Source: Minutocellus sp. GHC0000111
Lineage: Eukaryota
Assembly: GCA_977018835.1 (NCBI GenBank)
Contig: OZ361259.1
Coordinates: forward strand, 4,092,001-4,156,000
DNA: 64,000 bases
Direction of reading: 5' to 3'
Numbering within the stretch: position 1 is the first letter of the stretch; each line of letters opens with the position of its first letter. A model generated the notes under the pieces. That model was not told the origin of the DNA. It made no database searches and saw nothing but the letters and a program-made list of their open reading frames with translations. The position numbers were made by a program, and so were the translations under genes. This document shows, one piece after another, positions 10,830 to 22,333 of this stretch.

Positions 10830-11693
10830 CTAGCCAAACTTATTGGCGCTGCCCTGAAAGGCCGCGTTGCTCTTGTTCAGTCTGGAATACTTCCCGGCAA
10901 CGCGGCTCTTGCGCTTCGATACGGGCACGGCCGGGGGCTTGGCCGCTGCGGCCGCCTCGTCCGTACCCTCCATCGGTGGGAGGGAGCTGGACTCGGCCGC
11001 CGCCTTGGCGGCAGCTGCGGCCCGTCGGGCGGCCGCCTCGGCCCGCCGCTTGCGCACATCGACCTCGTTGCCCTCCTTGTCCTTGAGCGGCGCCTTCCCA
11101 TCGAGCCGCGCCCCGTCGCCGGCATTGACGGCCCAGTAATCGAGCTGCGGCGCCCTGTCGGGGATGGCGGCATTGCGCTGCACCCCCGTCGAGCCGGTCC
11201 GCTCGGCCACCTGGGACGGGTCGACGTTGGTCGAGGCCGCGCTCGAGGTGAGCATCCCATCGTCCTCCGGCCGCACGATCTTCCCGTCGACGAGGCGCAC
11301 CCCCTGCGCCTCCTTGGCTCCGTCGGCACCGTCGTCGCCACCACCACCTCCCGGCTATCCCGACGCACCGCTCATGGACGACGGGGTGGGGCTGGGACAG
11401 GCACTGGACCGCGCCTCGGCGGGCGCGTACGCGCTCTGCTTGGGCATGTTGGCAAACACACTCGACCCGGTACCGCCGCTGGTCATGCTTCCAGCCTCCG
11501 AACCGGCACGGGACCGGGCCAGCATCTCCTCCTTGGTGGGTTCCTGATATCCGACCGGTGCGTCAAAGTCCACCTCACAATCGGTTTCGATGATACAGGC
11601 GGCATCGGCTGGCTTGACCTCCTTCAGTTCAAAGTGGTAATTCTTATCGTTGTAGGGCAATTGGATGACATCGCCCTTGGTCACACAGGAAAA
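10830..11693 (-). pseudogene. UFD1: UFD1 3' portion with an in-frame TAG at 11355-11357; runs into the gap; copy 1
   Basis: FSCVTKGDVIQLPYN..YHFELKEVKP..AACIIETDCEVDFDAPVGY and C-terminal SHP-like G.GARLDGK and FQGS. Confidence 0.75.
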
Positions 11694-11695
11694 GA

Positions 11696-11895
11696 NNNNN
11701 NNNNNNNNNNNNNNNNNNNNNNNNNNNNNNNNNNNNNNNNNNNNNNNNNNNNNNNNNNNNNNNNNNNNNNNNNNNNNNNNNNNNNNNNNNNNNNNNNNNN
11801 NNNNNNNNNNNNNNNNNNNNNNNNNNNNNNNNNNNNNNNNNNNNNNNNNNNNNNNNNNNNNNNNNNNNNNNNNNNNNNNNNNNNNNNNNNNNNNN
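11696..11895. other. Assembly gap (200 N)
   Basis: Run of exactly 200 N. Confidence 1.
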
Positions 11896-11926
11896 TAGCG
11901 AGAGAAGACACGGACTATGAAAAAGA

Positions 11927-12403
11927 ATGAGGAAGCAACACAACAATACGCCTTACTTCGAGGAGTACGATTGTCTGAGTGATCGTCTTGGTCAGAATCA
12001 GCCCATCATTCCAGGTGAGACCATCTGCTCGAGAGATGGCCACCTTATGTTTGGACTTGATCACGACGGATCGCTGCAATGGAAGAATTGCATCGCAGGG
12101 GAAACGAAGGTCTATCACAAAGACGGCGATGGGGCTAGTACCGGCTCATTTATCATGACGGAAAGCGCCGACTTCATCGTTTACAATAAAAATGGTAAAG
12201 TGACTTGGTATCTGCCCTGCGAGGTTAAGGTTAAACGCCATGCCCAGTGTTACACGGTACCAAGTGGTTCTATTACCTTTGACTGTCCTTACCTTCACCT
12301 TCATCGAAGGCTTTATCGAAGGGGGAACGTTGCCTTGAATTTTATCGATGGTAAGGACTGGATCGCTGCAAGCATCAATAAGTTTTATACCTTCATGGGA
12401 TAA
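11927..12403 (+). CDS. Possible bulb-type lectin-like domain fragment next to the gap
   Basis: DRLGQNQPIIPGETICSRDG..FGLDHDGSL..FIMTESADFIVYNKNGKVTW resembles B-lectin repeats; the 5' end is uncertain. Confidence 0.4.
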   Translation: MRKQHNNTPYFEEYDCLSDRLGQNQPIIPGETICSRDGHLMFGLDHDGSLQWKNCIAGETKVYHKDGDGASTGSFIMTESADFIVYNKNGKVTWYLPCEVKVKRHAQCYTVPSGSITFDCPYLHLHRRLYRRGNVALNFIDGKDWIAASINKFYTFMG

Positions 12404-12507
12404 GCCGTGAGGAATATTTTACATACACCCAAAAACACTCGGGCCAAATTACATAATTAGATTTAGGTCCATGCATACATTTAACTGCGATATATTGCCA
12501 TTTCTTC

Positions 12508-13650
12508 TCATGGCAGCTCGGTCCATTCAGCATTCTTGTAATCACCGCTTAAGCTGTCATCATCAGAGAAAGAGAAATCATCACTAAGGCCAGACATTCT
12601 TCTGAAGAATGTCTTGACATCATTCTCTGTGTTATTGCGGGTTAGACGGACGGCGGAATTGTCGGTGGCGGTAAGGGGAGCGTTAAACTCGGTGCCGCAC
12701 GCGGCAACATGAGAAGGAAGAGCGTCGGGAGGCTGATCGCCCTTGCCAAGAACGTTGTTCATGCTCTCAGACATATCCTCCAAGGCCATTAGATTCAGAG
12801 TGCTTTCGTTGAAGTGGGCAAGTGCCGATGGGCTGATGGAAAGAAGATTCGGTGCCGAATTGCTTCCTCGACGTGGCATACACTCGCGCTCGTGACCGAT
12901 GAGGTTGTTGTTCGCCATGTTGCGTTCATCTCGGCTCGAAAAGTCCTTGGTGGACGAGCCGGGAAGATTTCGGAGTTTCTGGAGCCATATTGGGCCGTCT
13001 TGGTCATCGTTGACACCTCGATTATTACTCTCGTGCTTCTCCTTGACCTCCAAGAGAGATGATTGGCTGTTCTGACGGTGGCTGTTGCGGGATGCTTGAG
13101 TCCGGCTCGATTCCGTAGTCATCGTCATGAGCGATTCTCGGCGCAAACTCGAGAACATGCTACGAACCGATGCGGCGCCTCCCAGAGCATCGAGAGGCCC
13201 AGCGGTCGAGGTGGTCGATGGACCTCGAATGTTTGAGCTGCCGTATCCCAGGGAAGGGTCGAACTTGCCCCTTGCCGTGTCACTGGGGATCGTCACACTC
13301 GTGGGGCTTTTGGTGCCGTCGGCTGTAGGGCTTTCCTTTGTACACGTGCAAGGACGCTCCTCGTGCTGTTTTTTCAGGAGTGCGACCTCAACCCGGGCGT
13401 CGTCGCGTTCCTTCACCAAGCGCTTGTTGGCTTGTGACAATTCGTCAACCTTTTGAAGGGCTTCGGCTAGCTGTAACTTCAGGTCGACCAAGAGGTTACG
13501 GGTCTCGGCATCGTTGGATGCTCGTCGCTGCTGCTGCTGCTGGGGAGCAGGTAGGCCTAAAGCTGGGGCAGCTGGGGCTGGGACCACACAAGCGCCAGCA
13601 GGCAAAAGAGACTCTTGGCCAGTCGATCGGCGGCGCTCACAAGGCGGCAT
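12508..13650 (-). CDS. Coiled-coil hypothetical protein, paralogue A
   Basis: Long ORF with LVDLKLQLAEALQKVDEL..ERDDARVEV; start at ATG 13650 is inferred. Confidence 0.7.
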   Translation of the reverse strand: MPPCERRRSTGQESLLPAGACVVPAPAAPALGLPAPQQQQQRRASNDAETRNLLVDLKLQLAEALQKVDELSQANKRLVKERDDARVEVALLKKQHEERPCTCTKESPTADGTKSPTSVTIPSDTARGKFDPSLGYGSSNIRGPSTTSTAGPLDALGGAASVRSMFSSLRRESLMTMTTESSRTQASRNSHRQNSQSSLLEVKEKHESNNRGVNDDQDGPIWLQKLRNLPGSSTKDFSSRDERNMANNNLIGHERECMPRRGSNSAPNLLSISPSALAHFNESTLNLMALEDMSESMNNVLGKGDQPPDALPSHVAACGTEFNAPLTATDNSAVRLTRNNTENDVKTFFRRMSGLSDDFSFSDDDSLSGDYKNAEWTELP

Positions 13651-14176
13651 GGTGACAGTAGATAATAAGAATGTCGTCCGTTTGATCAATGCGTGCAATT
13701 AATGGCTTGGAAGCAAAGGGGGCGGCCGCATGGTCGCGGGCAGCGCAGCATGCAGCCATGCAGCATGCCGATTTTGTGTGCTTTTTTTGATGGCCTCGCT
13801 ACTGTGGCGGCGGCCTCATAGGCTGAGTTTCAGGCTTTTTCGATTTTTTGAGAGGCCATTTTTCAATTTAGCTATTGCTTTTGTCCGCAAAAAGACTTGT
13901 TGTGACGACGGGCGGACGATATCGCAAACTACGTACGTACGTACACACCGTGAGTGAGAAGTTTCCCTCCATCCAGCAGTCAGTCGCTCATTTTTGCCTG
14001 TCGATTAGGGATCCCTACTGTGTACATGTATTTCATGCAAATATAAACTCTAAGAAGGGTCACGTGTGCACGAGCTTGCATATACAAGCCCCCTTATAAT
14101 CCTGACGATACCGACAATTCATCATTCATTATTAGATCTACATACATGTACAATGTAGGCCCACCCCAACCGACAA

Positions 14177-15985
14177 TCAAGCCTCACATGCATTCAGAGA
14201 CCTTCTGTGAGGAAGAGGCTCAAGGCCATCCTCTGCATGCGCCGGTCTACCTGCACCTGCACTGCTCTCAGTTGAGTCCAGCGACAGTCTCTTTAGCTTT
14301 CCCGGCAAAATTAAAGTCTGGCTATCGTGACGGCTCTGTTTCTCTTGTACGACTCTGTAGACGAAGGATTCGTCTCGGTTGATGCTGTCGTCGTCATCAT
14401 CGTTGTCGTCGTTGTTGCCATCGTCACCATTGCCATCATCATCGTTCTCGCCTTCGCTACTGATATCGCACGCAATGTCATCCCAAGTAGCATTATGCTT
14501 GCCACCAATCACGTTGTCGCCACTGTCGCCACTACATTGGTAGTCATCGAACGGCAACCGGCTTTGACTCCTTGCCAGTGCCTCGTCGTGGTCCTTGGAT
14601 ACATTTCTCTTGTTGTTGCCACTGCTCTCATCGGTCGTGTCGTCGCCATCGTAAAAATAGGAGCCATTCGAATTTCGTCGAAAGGAGGAGAAGAAGGCAT
14701 CGACGTCGCTCTCGGTATCCTTTCGCTGTAGGGTACGTTGCGCGCGTCTACTGCCAATACATGTAGCGCCAGTGGTGGTTACCGAACTTTCTTGTTGCTT
14801 TTCCATGACCTGCTGCTTCTGAATTGGGCTGATAAGGATAGGTGCGTTGTGAGCGCATCCCCAATCCTGCGTCGGGGGTTCATGACTGGCGCGTCGTCCG
14901 GGAAGGACCATTTGCTTGTTATTAAAGCCTTGCTGTTCCGAAGCCGCCTCATTCTTCTTCGTGTCGTCGATGGCAGCGAGGAAGGTGAACATATTGCGAG
15001 AAACAGCATTGGTTGCAGTGGTGAAATTGATTTCTGCGGTAGGAGATGAAGACAGCTTCTTTCTGCGGGACGTTGGCGATGGCGAGGATTCGCCGGCATC
15101 TCTACGATGATTCCATCGGCGGAACCACCCAGACGAATTGAGGGAAGTAGACGACCCCTTGGTCAAGGAGGATGTAGAGGAGGAGGCATGGGAGCGACCG
15201 CTGCCGTTGGTTGTAGTTGCAGCGGTAGCTGCGGTCGAAACCGACCCATCCTTCTTGGTCTGCTGCTGCTGCTGCTGCTGCTCGGCATCGTCGTCCGCAT
15301 CATCCGCCACCTTGCCCAGCAACTTGGCCCTGCGGCTGTCCTCCCGAATCTGCAGCATGCGGGCCCGTGTCAGATCCCGAACGGCCTCGTCGCGCTCCCT
15401 CTTGAGGCGGCTGATGCGATCGTACGCCTTGTCGAGGTCGAGATTTATATCGTCCCGGTCCGTTTCGAGCCGGCTCTTGGAGTCAAAGAGCTGTCGATTC
15501 TCGTGTTCCAGCGTGTCATTCTTGGACAGCAGGTCGGCCACCTGGAGCTTGAGGTCCATTATTTGCCGCGTGGCCGCAATATTTTCCTGGATGAGCTTGC
15601 GATCAGACGCGTTGGGATAAAAGTCGGAATGTGAATTGGCGCTGTTGTTTTTGTTGTGCCCGTCGGCGAAGCTGGCGGCCGCCGTCATGGTCGATCGGCG
15701 GTGATATTCCGCGGCCAGCTGCTTCTGCCGTTGGAGTTGGCCTGGCGTGAGAGAACTCCTCTTGGATGGTTTCGTCATGAGGCAGGGGTCGGAAGTCGAC
15801 GAACAGCCAACCGAATCGTCAGAGGTGCCGGTGGTGCCTGGTTCGCTGTCGGTACCGGAAGTTTCGGATTCGAGCATGTCCGAGCAAGTTCTTCGCACTA
15901 CTTCGAGCTTCATGGAAAGCCGTCGGCCAAAGGTCAAATCCTTCTGCGAGACAGAGAGTGAGCTGTTGCTTTCGTTCATGTTCAT
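14177..15985 (-). CDS. Coiled-coil hypothetical protein, paralogue B
   Basis: 602-aa ORF with IMDLKLQVADLL..RERDEAVRDLTRARML. Confidence 0.75.
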   Translation of the reverse strand: MNMNESNSSLSVSQKDLTFGRRLSMKLEVVRRTCSDMLESETSGTDSEPGTTGTSDDSVGCSSTSDPCLMTKPSKRSSLTPGQLQRQKQLAAEYHRRSTMTAAASFADGHNKNNSANSHSDFYPNASDRKLIQENIAATRQIMDLKLQVADLLSKNDTLEHENRQLFDSKSRLETDRDDINLDLDKAYDRISRLKRERDEAVRDLTRARMLQIREDSRRAKLLGKVADDADDDAEQQQQQQQTKKDGSVSTAATAATTTNGSGRSHASSSTSSLTKGSSTSLNSSGWFRRWNHRRDAGESSPSPTSRRKKLSSSPTAEINFTTATNAVSRNMFTFLAAIDDTKKNEAASEQQGFNNKQMVLPGRRASHEPPTQDWGCAHNAPILISPIQKQQVMEKQQESSVTTTGATCIGSRRAQRTLQRKDTESDVDAFFSSFRRNSNGSYFYDGDDTTDESSGNNKRNVSKDHDEALARSQSRLPFDDYQCSGDSGDNVIGGKHNATWDDIACDISSEGENDDDGNGDDGNNDDNDDDDDSINRDESFVYRVVQEKQSRHDSQTLILPGKLKRLSLDSTESSAGAGRPAHAEDGLEPLPHRRSLNACEA

Positions 15986-16428
15986 CTTGCAATTATTTGT
16001 AAATCATTCGGGGAATGAAATGGTGATCATACAATTAGAGAGGATGGTAAAGGAAGGCCAAAGATACGCATGCATGCGAGATGCATGCGCACATAAAAGA
16101 CGCCGACATAAGCCCCCTCTCAGAAACCATTTTCTCCTAAATTATAAATGACTCGGCGACGCTGCCTTCAATATCGCCGAGCACAACACACAAATTCTTG
16201 GGGAGGAAGCATTGATGACCGCCTACGTAGAAAGCTGCAGCTTCCATGCATTCTTCGGTCCGGCAATCGTTGATAACACACACAAACCAACCAAAAGTCC
16301 GCACCAAGGGCGCCAAATTGCCGTGATACCTCTGCCGTCTTCTGTGGATACCGGCACGCGTATCTTCTGCTGATTTTTTGCAGCAGAGAAACTACTTTCA
16401 TCCATCTCTGATATCCAACCATACCAGC

Positions 16429-17550
16429 ATGACCCTCTACGTTGAGCAGGCCGACGTTCATGACGTTCCAGACGATTCCAGTCTCGAACGACATGGGGAT
16501 GGTGCTGATGGCACTTCTACAGCTGACCATGGCCAGGATACGGGATGTGCTAGCTCATCGTTTCGAAGCGTGGGCGGCGAGTCGAGCACAAGCGCCCAGT
16601 CATTAAGTGAAGCCCAACACAATCGTGTATGTGGACCGAGTAGTAATGACCCATGTTCTCCGAGGTCCATGTCAGCAGTAGTAGCACCACCGGAATCACC
16701 CTCTTCACCTCTCCATGTTTCTGCCACCGCCAACCGACGATCATCTCTACCGTCCAACCGATCCAAGTCGGAGGAATATCTATTTTCCGTCACGCTACGA
16801 GATCAATTGCGAGACTCGTCCTCCATCGATACGGAACGGATCATTGCCGAAAATTTGGAATCGACCAAAACCATCACCCAGCTCAAGCTGCAGCTGGCCG
16901 AGGCATTGTCGACTCTGGACAACCTGCAGCATTCCAACCAGCTCTTGGGCCAAAGTCTTCGCTGCGCCAAGGACGAGGCCTATGCCCACACCTGTCAGCA
17001 TCGGAAGGAGCTGTCCTCCCTTCGAGAGGAATTGCTCAAGGTCAAGAAAGATAGGGACGATCTCGCCACAGAATTGCGACACATGCGCGAGGAGCGAGAC
17101 GATGCCCGGCGGGAAGTCACCCGCATGACGATGCTGAGCATCCAGCAACAACAGAGGAGTCAGAGGAGGTTGAGCAGCGATACCACCGAGTCAACACTTA
17201 GTTTGTCCAGCAGCATGGGTAGCCATGGCGGCGTTGGTATCGGTGGAGGTGGCGGTGGGAGGAGAGGCTCACTGCTTCAAAATTTCTGCGACTCGTCCCG
17301 GCATCTTCTGGGAGGAGGTGGGGGGAATGCTCATACTGGCGTTGATGCACAATCAAATAATTCCAATGCACCAGTGAATCGCAGGGGCAGTCTCACCATT
17401 GCAGACCTACAGAATTCGCGACGAAGCATCATGTTGAGCCAGCAGGGCAATTCGAGTAATGGGAGAATTCAAGGACGACGTGGGTCGGTGAGTATTAAAA
17501 TTTTTGACTGTTGGGTGGCCTTGTGCGATGCGTTTATGTTGTCTATCTAA
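16429..17550 (+). CDS. Coiled-coil hypothetical protein, paralogue C; 3' end uncertain
   Basis: ITQLKLQLAEALSTLDNL..EERDDARREVTRMTML; a GTGAGT donor near 17489 suggests a further exon. Confidence 0.65.
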   Translation: MTLYVEQADVHDVPDDSSLERHGDGADGTSTADHGQDTGCASSSFRSVGGESSTSAQSLSEAQHNRVCGPSSNDPCSPRSMSAVVAPPESPSSPLHVSATANRRSSLPSNRSKSEEYLFSVTLRDQLRDSSSIDTERIIAENLESTKTITQLKLQLAEALSTLDNLQHSNQLLGQSLRCAKDEAYAHTCQHRKELSSLREELLKVKKDRDDLATELRHMREERDDARREVTRMTMLSIQQQQRSQRRLSSDTTESTLSLSSSMGSHGGVGIGGGGGGRRGSLLQNFCDSSRHLLGGGGGNAHTGVDAQSNNSNAPVNRRGSLTIADLQNSRRSIMLSQQGNSSNGRIQGRRGSVSIKIFDCWVALCDAFMLSI

Positions 17551-17562
17551 CCCGTCCCTCTG

Positions 17563-19714
17563 CTATGCTTCGCGTACGTCGTACTTTTTCACATTTGGTC
17601 GAAAATACATTATTTTGTACACCAGGCAACGATGAGACAGCTTACAACTGATAATTCTCACCTTGTTCAATTTGTGGTCGTTCATCCGCAGCGTGACCGA
17701 GTAACGCGTTTCGTTCCCACGGAAGAAGGCCATCAAAGGGACGTGATTGGTGTACTCCTCAGAGAGCGAAACGATACCCTTGACTTCTTGACCATGGACG
17801 GCACCATGCTTTTCGATAATCTCAGAAGTTTCACCAGTTTTTGTACTACTGCAATCAGGATTGTCGCAAAGGCATGGCCTCTTGTAGAATTGAGAGTCTG
17901 ATGAGGCTAGCTGCGCCTCCGTTGGCTGCGTGCACACTTCCGTGATCTTCCCCTGAAGGCGGCCCCAATGCCAATCTTTATCAATACGAGGTGCGATATC
18001 CGCAGAAATGTCCGCAGAGCTATCAGCCGGTATCATGACCTTGATTTCAACTCGAAGTCCAACCTTTGGCACCTTGACGGTGTGAAGGTACTGTTTCTTC
18101 TTCAGAACCGCGAACAGCTTGTTCTCGGAGTCGCAGACATAGAAGGGGTGGTAACGGTACCAGTCCGGTGAATCTCCTTGATCTCCATCAGGATGGCCGC
18201 AAACGCCAAAGAGAAGTTCCTTCCCAAGAAGACATTTCACGTCGTAGGGTAGAGGAGGCCCGTGGTGAATCGTTGGGAAGGACGATGCATCCATCCGACG
18301 GATGTCTTCCGCAGTATAGGTTTCTCGTGGAGACTTCCACCCCTCTGCCGCACCAACTCCTCCCAGATTTTCCGCGAGGATTTTGACTTCCTCCATCTGA
18401 TTTATGTGGTACTGAAACTGGGCCGGGTGATTCCAGTCCATCTGTTTCATGGTTGGGAGTCCAACGCTCAGGCGAGCAAGAGCACCTTTGGTCCTATCAA
18501 TGGCATCCTGGAGACCTCCAAGGAACAGCGATCCATCGTCGGCACGAACGTTGACGTCGATGGCGGGGGCGGGACTGGTCTCGTACGGGTAGGTGAGCAG
18601 GAGCTTGGCGGCAGAGGGAGACATCTCAAGGGTCATCATGAGCGACGTTTGGCCCACACAGTTGCCAAGATTCGGGTCCGCCCCGTGATCGAGGAAGAGC
18701 TTGATCAGTTCCAGATTGGTACATCTCCCACTGAAGCAAGCGTTGTGGAGTGGAGAGTTCTTCCCAAGGCCGGATGCATTGACAGCGTTGACGTCGGCAC
18801 CGGCATCAATGAGTTGCTTTGCAATGATGGCCTGGCGCTCCATCACATCCACATCTGGTGCTGTCAAGGAAACGAGAAGGTGGAGGGGACGAGAACTTGT
18901 ATCATCTGGTGGAGAGCCAAATGGATGAGATAGGGCGTTGGGGTCTACACCTGATTCGAGCAGGACGAGGACAGGCGACGTAGATTGGACGATGACATCA
19001 GAGTCAAGACCGAGGAGAATGCCGATGGACTGGAAGAAGAGAGACTCTCGCTTGGACTGCGCGATTGGATTAAATATTTGTTATGATAGAAGAGAGATTA
19101 GTTTTCGAGAGTGCGAATTATTATCAGGAAGGAAAACATCACCTATTTTGCCGCTGGTACTAGTATGTCCCGCCGTGCACATGCTCACACCTCACACGCT
19201 CACTCACCATGCTCATTCCATCAGCAATCTGGCGCATCATGGCACGCCTGGTCTCGGCATCCGGCTTGGTGGCACGGAACAGACGAAAGATTTCCCTGCA
19301 ATCGTCGTCCATGCCAGACAGTCCCGAGATCATCTGCCCGGGGATGCCGACCGCGCCCAAGTGATCGGGATGACGGAGCTGCCGAGCCCTGCCGGCGTTG
19401 AGGACCTTGCAGATCTTTTTGTGGCCGCCCCAGTCGGTCTTTTGACAGTCCACGCTGCAGTAGGTGGCGGATTTGCATCCTGCGAGAGGAAACAAGGGAG
19501 AGAGAGGAAACAGAGAGGGTGAGTGGTCTCTCATTATCTCATCATCAGTCATCGGCCGAATGAATCCATCGAACAGCAGTCATTAGTTCCATTCGAATCG
19601 GCGATTTACAGATCCAGATAAGTAGACGAAGAACAACTCACGAGAACACCGCTTGGCTTCGAGGCCAAGACCCTCCCGGCAACAGGCCGCGCATACGCCT
19701 TCGAGGAGATCCAT
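17563..19714 (-). CDS. MYND zinc finger plus ankyrin-repeat protein; exons 19714-19642, 19479-19208, 19056 onward
   Basis: Splicing at GTGAGT/CAG sites gives CAAC..KRCSRCKSATYCSVDCQKTDW..HKKIC (MYND), then LIDAGADVN, SPLHNAC and FLDHGADPN (ankyrin), all in frame. Confidence 0.85.
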
Positions 19715-20890
19715 CCGTGCAATACGCCTGCAATACTCCACCCAGAGTGCGGCGGTGCTGAAGTGAGTGCGGCGAGAGAGTTGAAAATGAGCCAAACTGC
19801 GGGCTACGTACGGCTCCGTACATCTACGTACGTACGGACACAATCTACGACGCGATGTACGTACGGACCAGACCGAATTTTGCCACCTCATCGTCATTTC
19901 TGGCCGCTCGAGTTCGGCCATCGCATCGGCCATACATACTCTAGTATTGGTACCAGATATCAGGAGCTGAAGTGCCAGCAGCCATGTCTCGCCGCAGATC
20001 ACATCTTGCCGTTGGTGCCATTCTCTTCGGCTCCCAGGTGGAGGGATTTGCCCCTCGTCTGGTCGGTAACAGCGGCGCATCTTTACGTCCCGCAGGCAGG
20101 TCGTGCTGCCCTGCTGGCCACCAAAATTCCGATGGACCCGAACCACCCAATAGGCTCTGCATTGGTGGTACTAGTAGCAGCTGTTCGAACAGATTCGATT
20201 CACGACTTTACGTCGGGAGCAGCATTGACCCTTCCGAGGATCAGGAACAAACATTACTGAAAATAGATGGCACCGATGGCAGTAGTAGTAGTAGTAGTAG
20301 TGAAAATGCCGACCTTCCGACGGATTCCAATCCCGACCAGAACCTTCCCCTCAGCGCCTTGTGGTCCATGCTAACCGGGACGGGCGGCGGGCTGCCTCTT
20401 CAAGTTGACGACACGAATGTGCTGCTCTATGACGTTTTTCTTTTGGTGAACCTGTCGGCGTGCATATCCTTTTGGGTTGTCCACAGGATGAATTTCATGT
20501 ACATCGCCGAGTCACTGAACGAAGGCGCATTGCTGTGCATATGTTGGATACTGGCTGGCCTGGCCAACGGTGCCTTTCTGTATTCGGCGGTTGACGGGCA
20601 CTGGGACCCCAGCGGCAAGGATGCCGATAAGGGTGGGCCGAAAGCTGCGGGATTGCTGGGTTTGTCGACGTTTATTGGTACATCCTCCCTCCGAATTATC
20701 ATTGCAAAAAATTTGAATGGATGAACTAATGTTATGTTTTGCTGCTACGAACGTATGATTGTTACAGTTTCAGTAATCTAGTTCCGAGCCTTTCCTACTA
20801 CTAGTAGTGACCTAATTTCCTGGGTCTGCTGCGTAGCTCAAGTCACGGCAGTCTTCCTCTGGTTCCTTTAGCGAGGCACCTGCAGCAGAC

Positions 20891-22069
20891 CTATGGCAGA
20901 ATTGGCTGGGGCCAGCGGTACTGCGGGTGTCGAACAATGCTTTGCCAGACCTTGAGGTCATAGTAGCAGAGGTAGTCGACAAAATCTGAAAAGAGGCGAA
21001 AATGCCGACGATGGCCATTCTCATAAATGGCAATGTATGTCGGCAAACCCAAGCGTTTCACTGCTGCACCGGCCTCGGCGGCGATTCTTTTTGCACAGTC
21101 GTTCCCATATTGTTGACACTTTGCGTCTCCGTAGTATCTTCTGCGATACGGCAGCATTACATTCCAGTACTGCTCTGGCTTTCTCTCTCCTGCCGTCCCC
21201 CCAGGCGCTTCATCCCGGCGGTCTCCTCTTCCAGTAAATGCTCCTCTTCCATTTGCTGTGCTGCGACAAGCCGAAAAGACTATGCAATTTGGTGGAATGT
21301 TCTCGTCTTCTGGGGCCATTGTTATGCTCACATCATCAATGACTTTCCACAACCACAACGTCATGTCCCTCGCAATTTGGAACTGGGCAGCGAAACGAGA
21401 CTCCATCCCTTTGAATAGCACCTTTTTCCCCTTTCGCCAATCCTCGCCATCGTCGAGGCTGTCGAAGCCAGACATCTGGGAGTCTTCGGCATTACGGGGC
21501 CCAACAAGCCGTTGGTGATTTCTCACCCGCTCAGTGGACATCACTGCCAGCCTGCGGGATCGATCCTCGACAGATTTCGTGTTGTATCCCTTGCTGCTTC
21601 GGGTTATCAGCGAGCCACGGCTGCCGTAGGTTGCTACCGAGAGACGGCAAGGTTGGCCCACAATGCGATATATTTTGGCTCCTCCGGCGGGGTTCATCTC
21701 CCAAAGCCCATGAGGCATCATGGTGCTGATTGGCTTGGCGACCATCCAGCCCTGCTCAACCTCAATGAGCGAGGTGATTGTTGCGATGCATCTTTTCCCC
21801 CAGGAGTACTCTCCCACCAGTCCGTGTTTACCGGTTGCTCTCGCCTCGTACATTTTCAACGCCCCTCGGCTTACAGCAGCAACACAAGAAGGGATGGTCC
21901 CGACTGCCGATCCGTATCGCGCGAGAAACTCTCCAAAGAAACAGAATCCTCCTCCCACCTTGCGAAGGTGAGAAGCGAGAGCTGCTTTCATTGCGGTGGG
22001 GCACATGCCCGTGTGGATGTTTACTTCGTACTCTCCGTTGCAGTAGAAGGTGTAGGTCTCGGCCTGCAT
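20891..22069 (-). CDS. Element ORF B, unknown function (frame open upstream to 22192)
   Basis: 392-aa ORF of globular composition; no family recognised. Confidence 0.6.
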   Translation of the reverse strand: MQAETYTFYCNGEYEVNIHTGMCPTAMKAALASHLRKVGGGFCFFGEFLARYGSAVGTIPSCVAAVSRGALKMYEARATGKHGLVGEYSWGKRCIATITSLIEVEQGWMVAKPISTMMPHGLWEMNPAGGAKIYRIVGQPCRLSVATYGSRGSLITRSSKGYNTKSVEDRSRRLAVMSTERVRNHQRLVGPRNAEDSQMSGFDSLDDGEDWRKGKKVLFKGMESRFAAQFQIARDMTLWLWKVIDDVSITMAPEDENIPPNCIVFSACRSTANGRGAFTGRGDRRDEAPGGTAGERKPEQYWNVMLPYRRRYYGDAKCQQYGNDCAKRIAAEAGAAVKRLGLPTYIAIYENGHRRHFRLFSDFVDYLCYYDLKVWQSIVRHPQYRWPQPILP

Positions 22070-22333
22070 TAGACTCTCTCCCCGAATGTTGCCGGGCCAA
22101 AGGCCGGCAAGGTTGCACCCTCCTGGAAAGGGGGTATTGGGAGGGGCAGCGGCTGGGACTGCTGCTGCCGCGCCTCCACCTGCCGCGGGTGCTTACATAG
22201 GCCAATCGGTACAACCAAAAGGCCTATCAACAAGCTCATTCACGATGCTCTTCTCCTAGATATTCCTCGAGCAGTCATTGCACTTGAAAGCCTTGCTCTC
22301 GATGCCAACAAGATCTACAACCAAGTGGTCTTC

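Larger units (their letters stand above)
1..11695 (+). repeat. Near-identical duplicate (copy 1) of 25240-36934; probably extends left of the window
   Basis: Every ORF recurs at a constant offset of 25239. Differences spotted by eye: G2277/A27516 (D/N in the methyltransferase) and A10476/G35715. Confidence 0.97.

Noticed and set aside
10632..11930. Long + strand ORF running into the gap (also 35871-37022)
   Set aside because: Antisense to GC-rich UFD1; no recognisable motifs; partly N.
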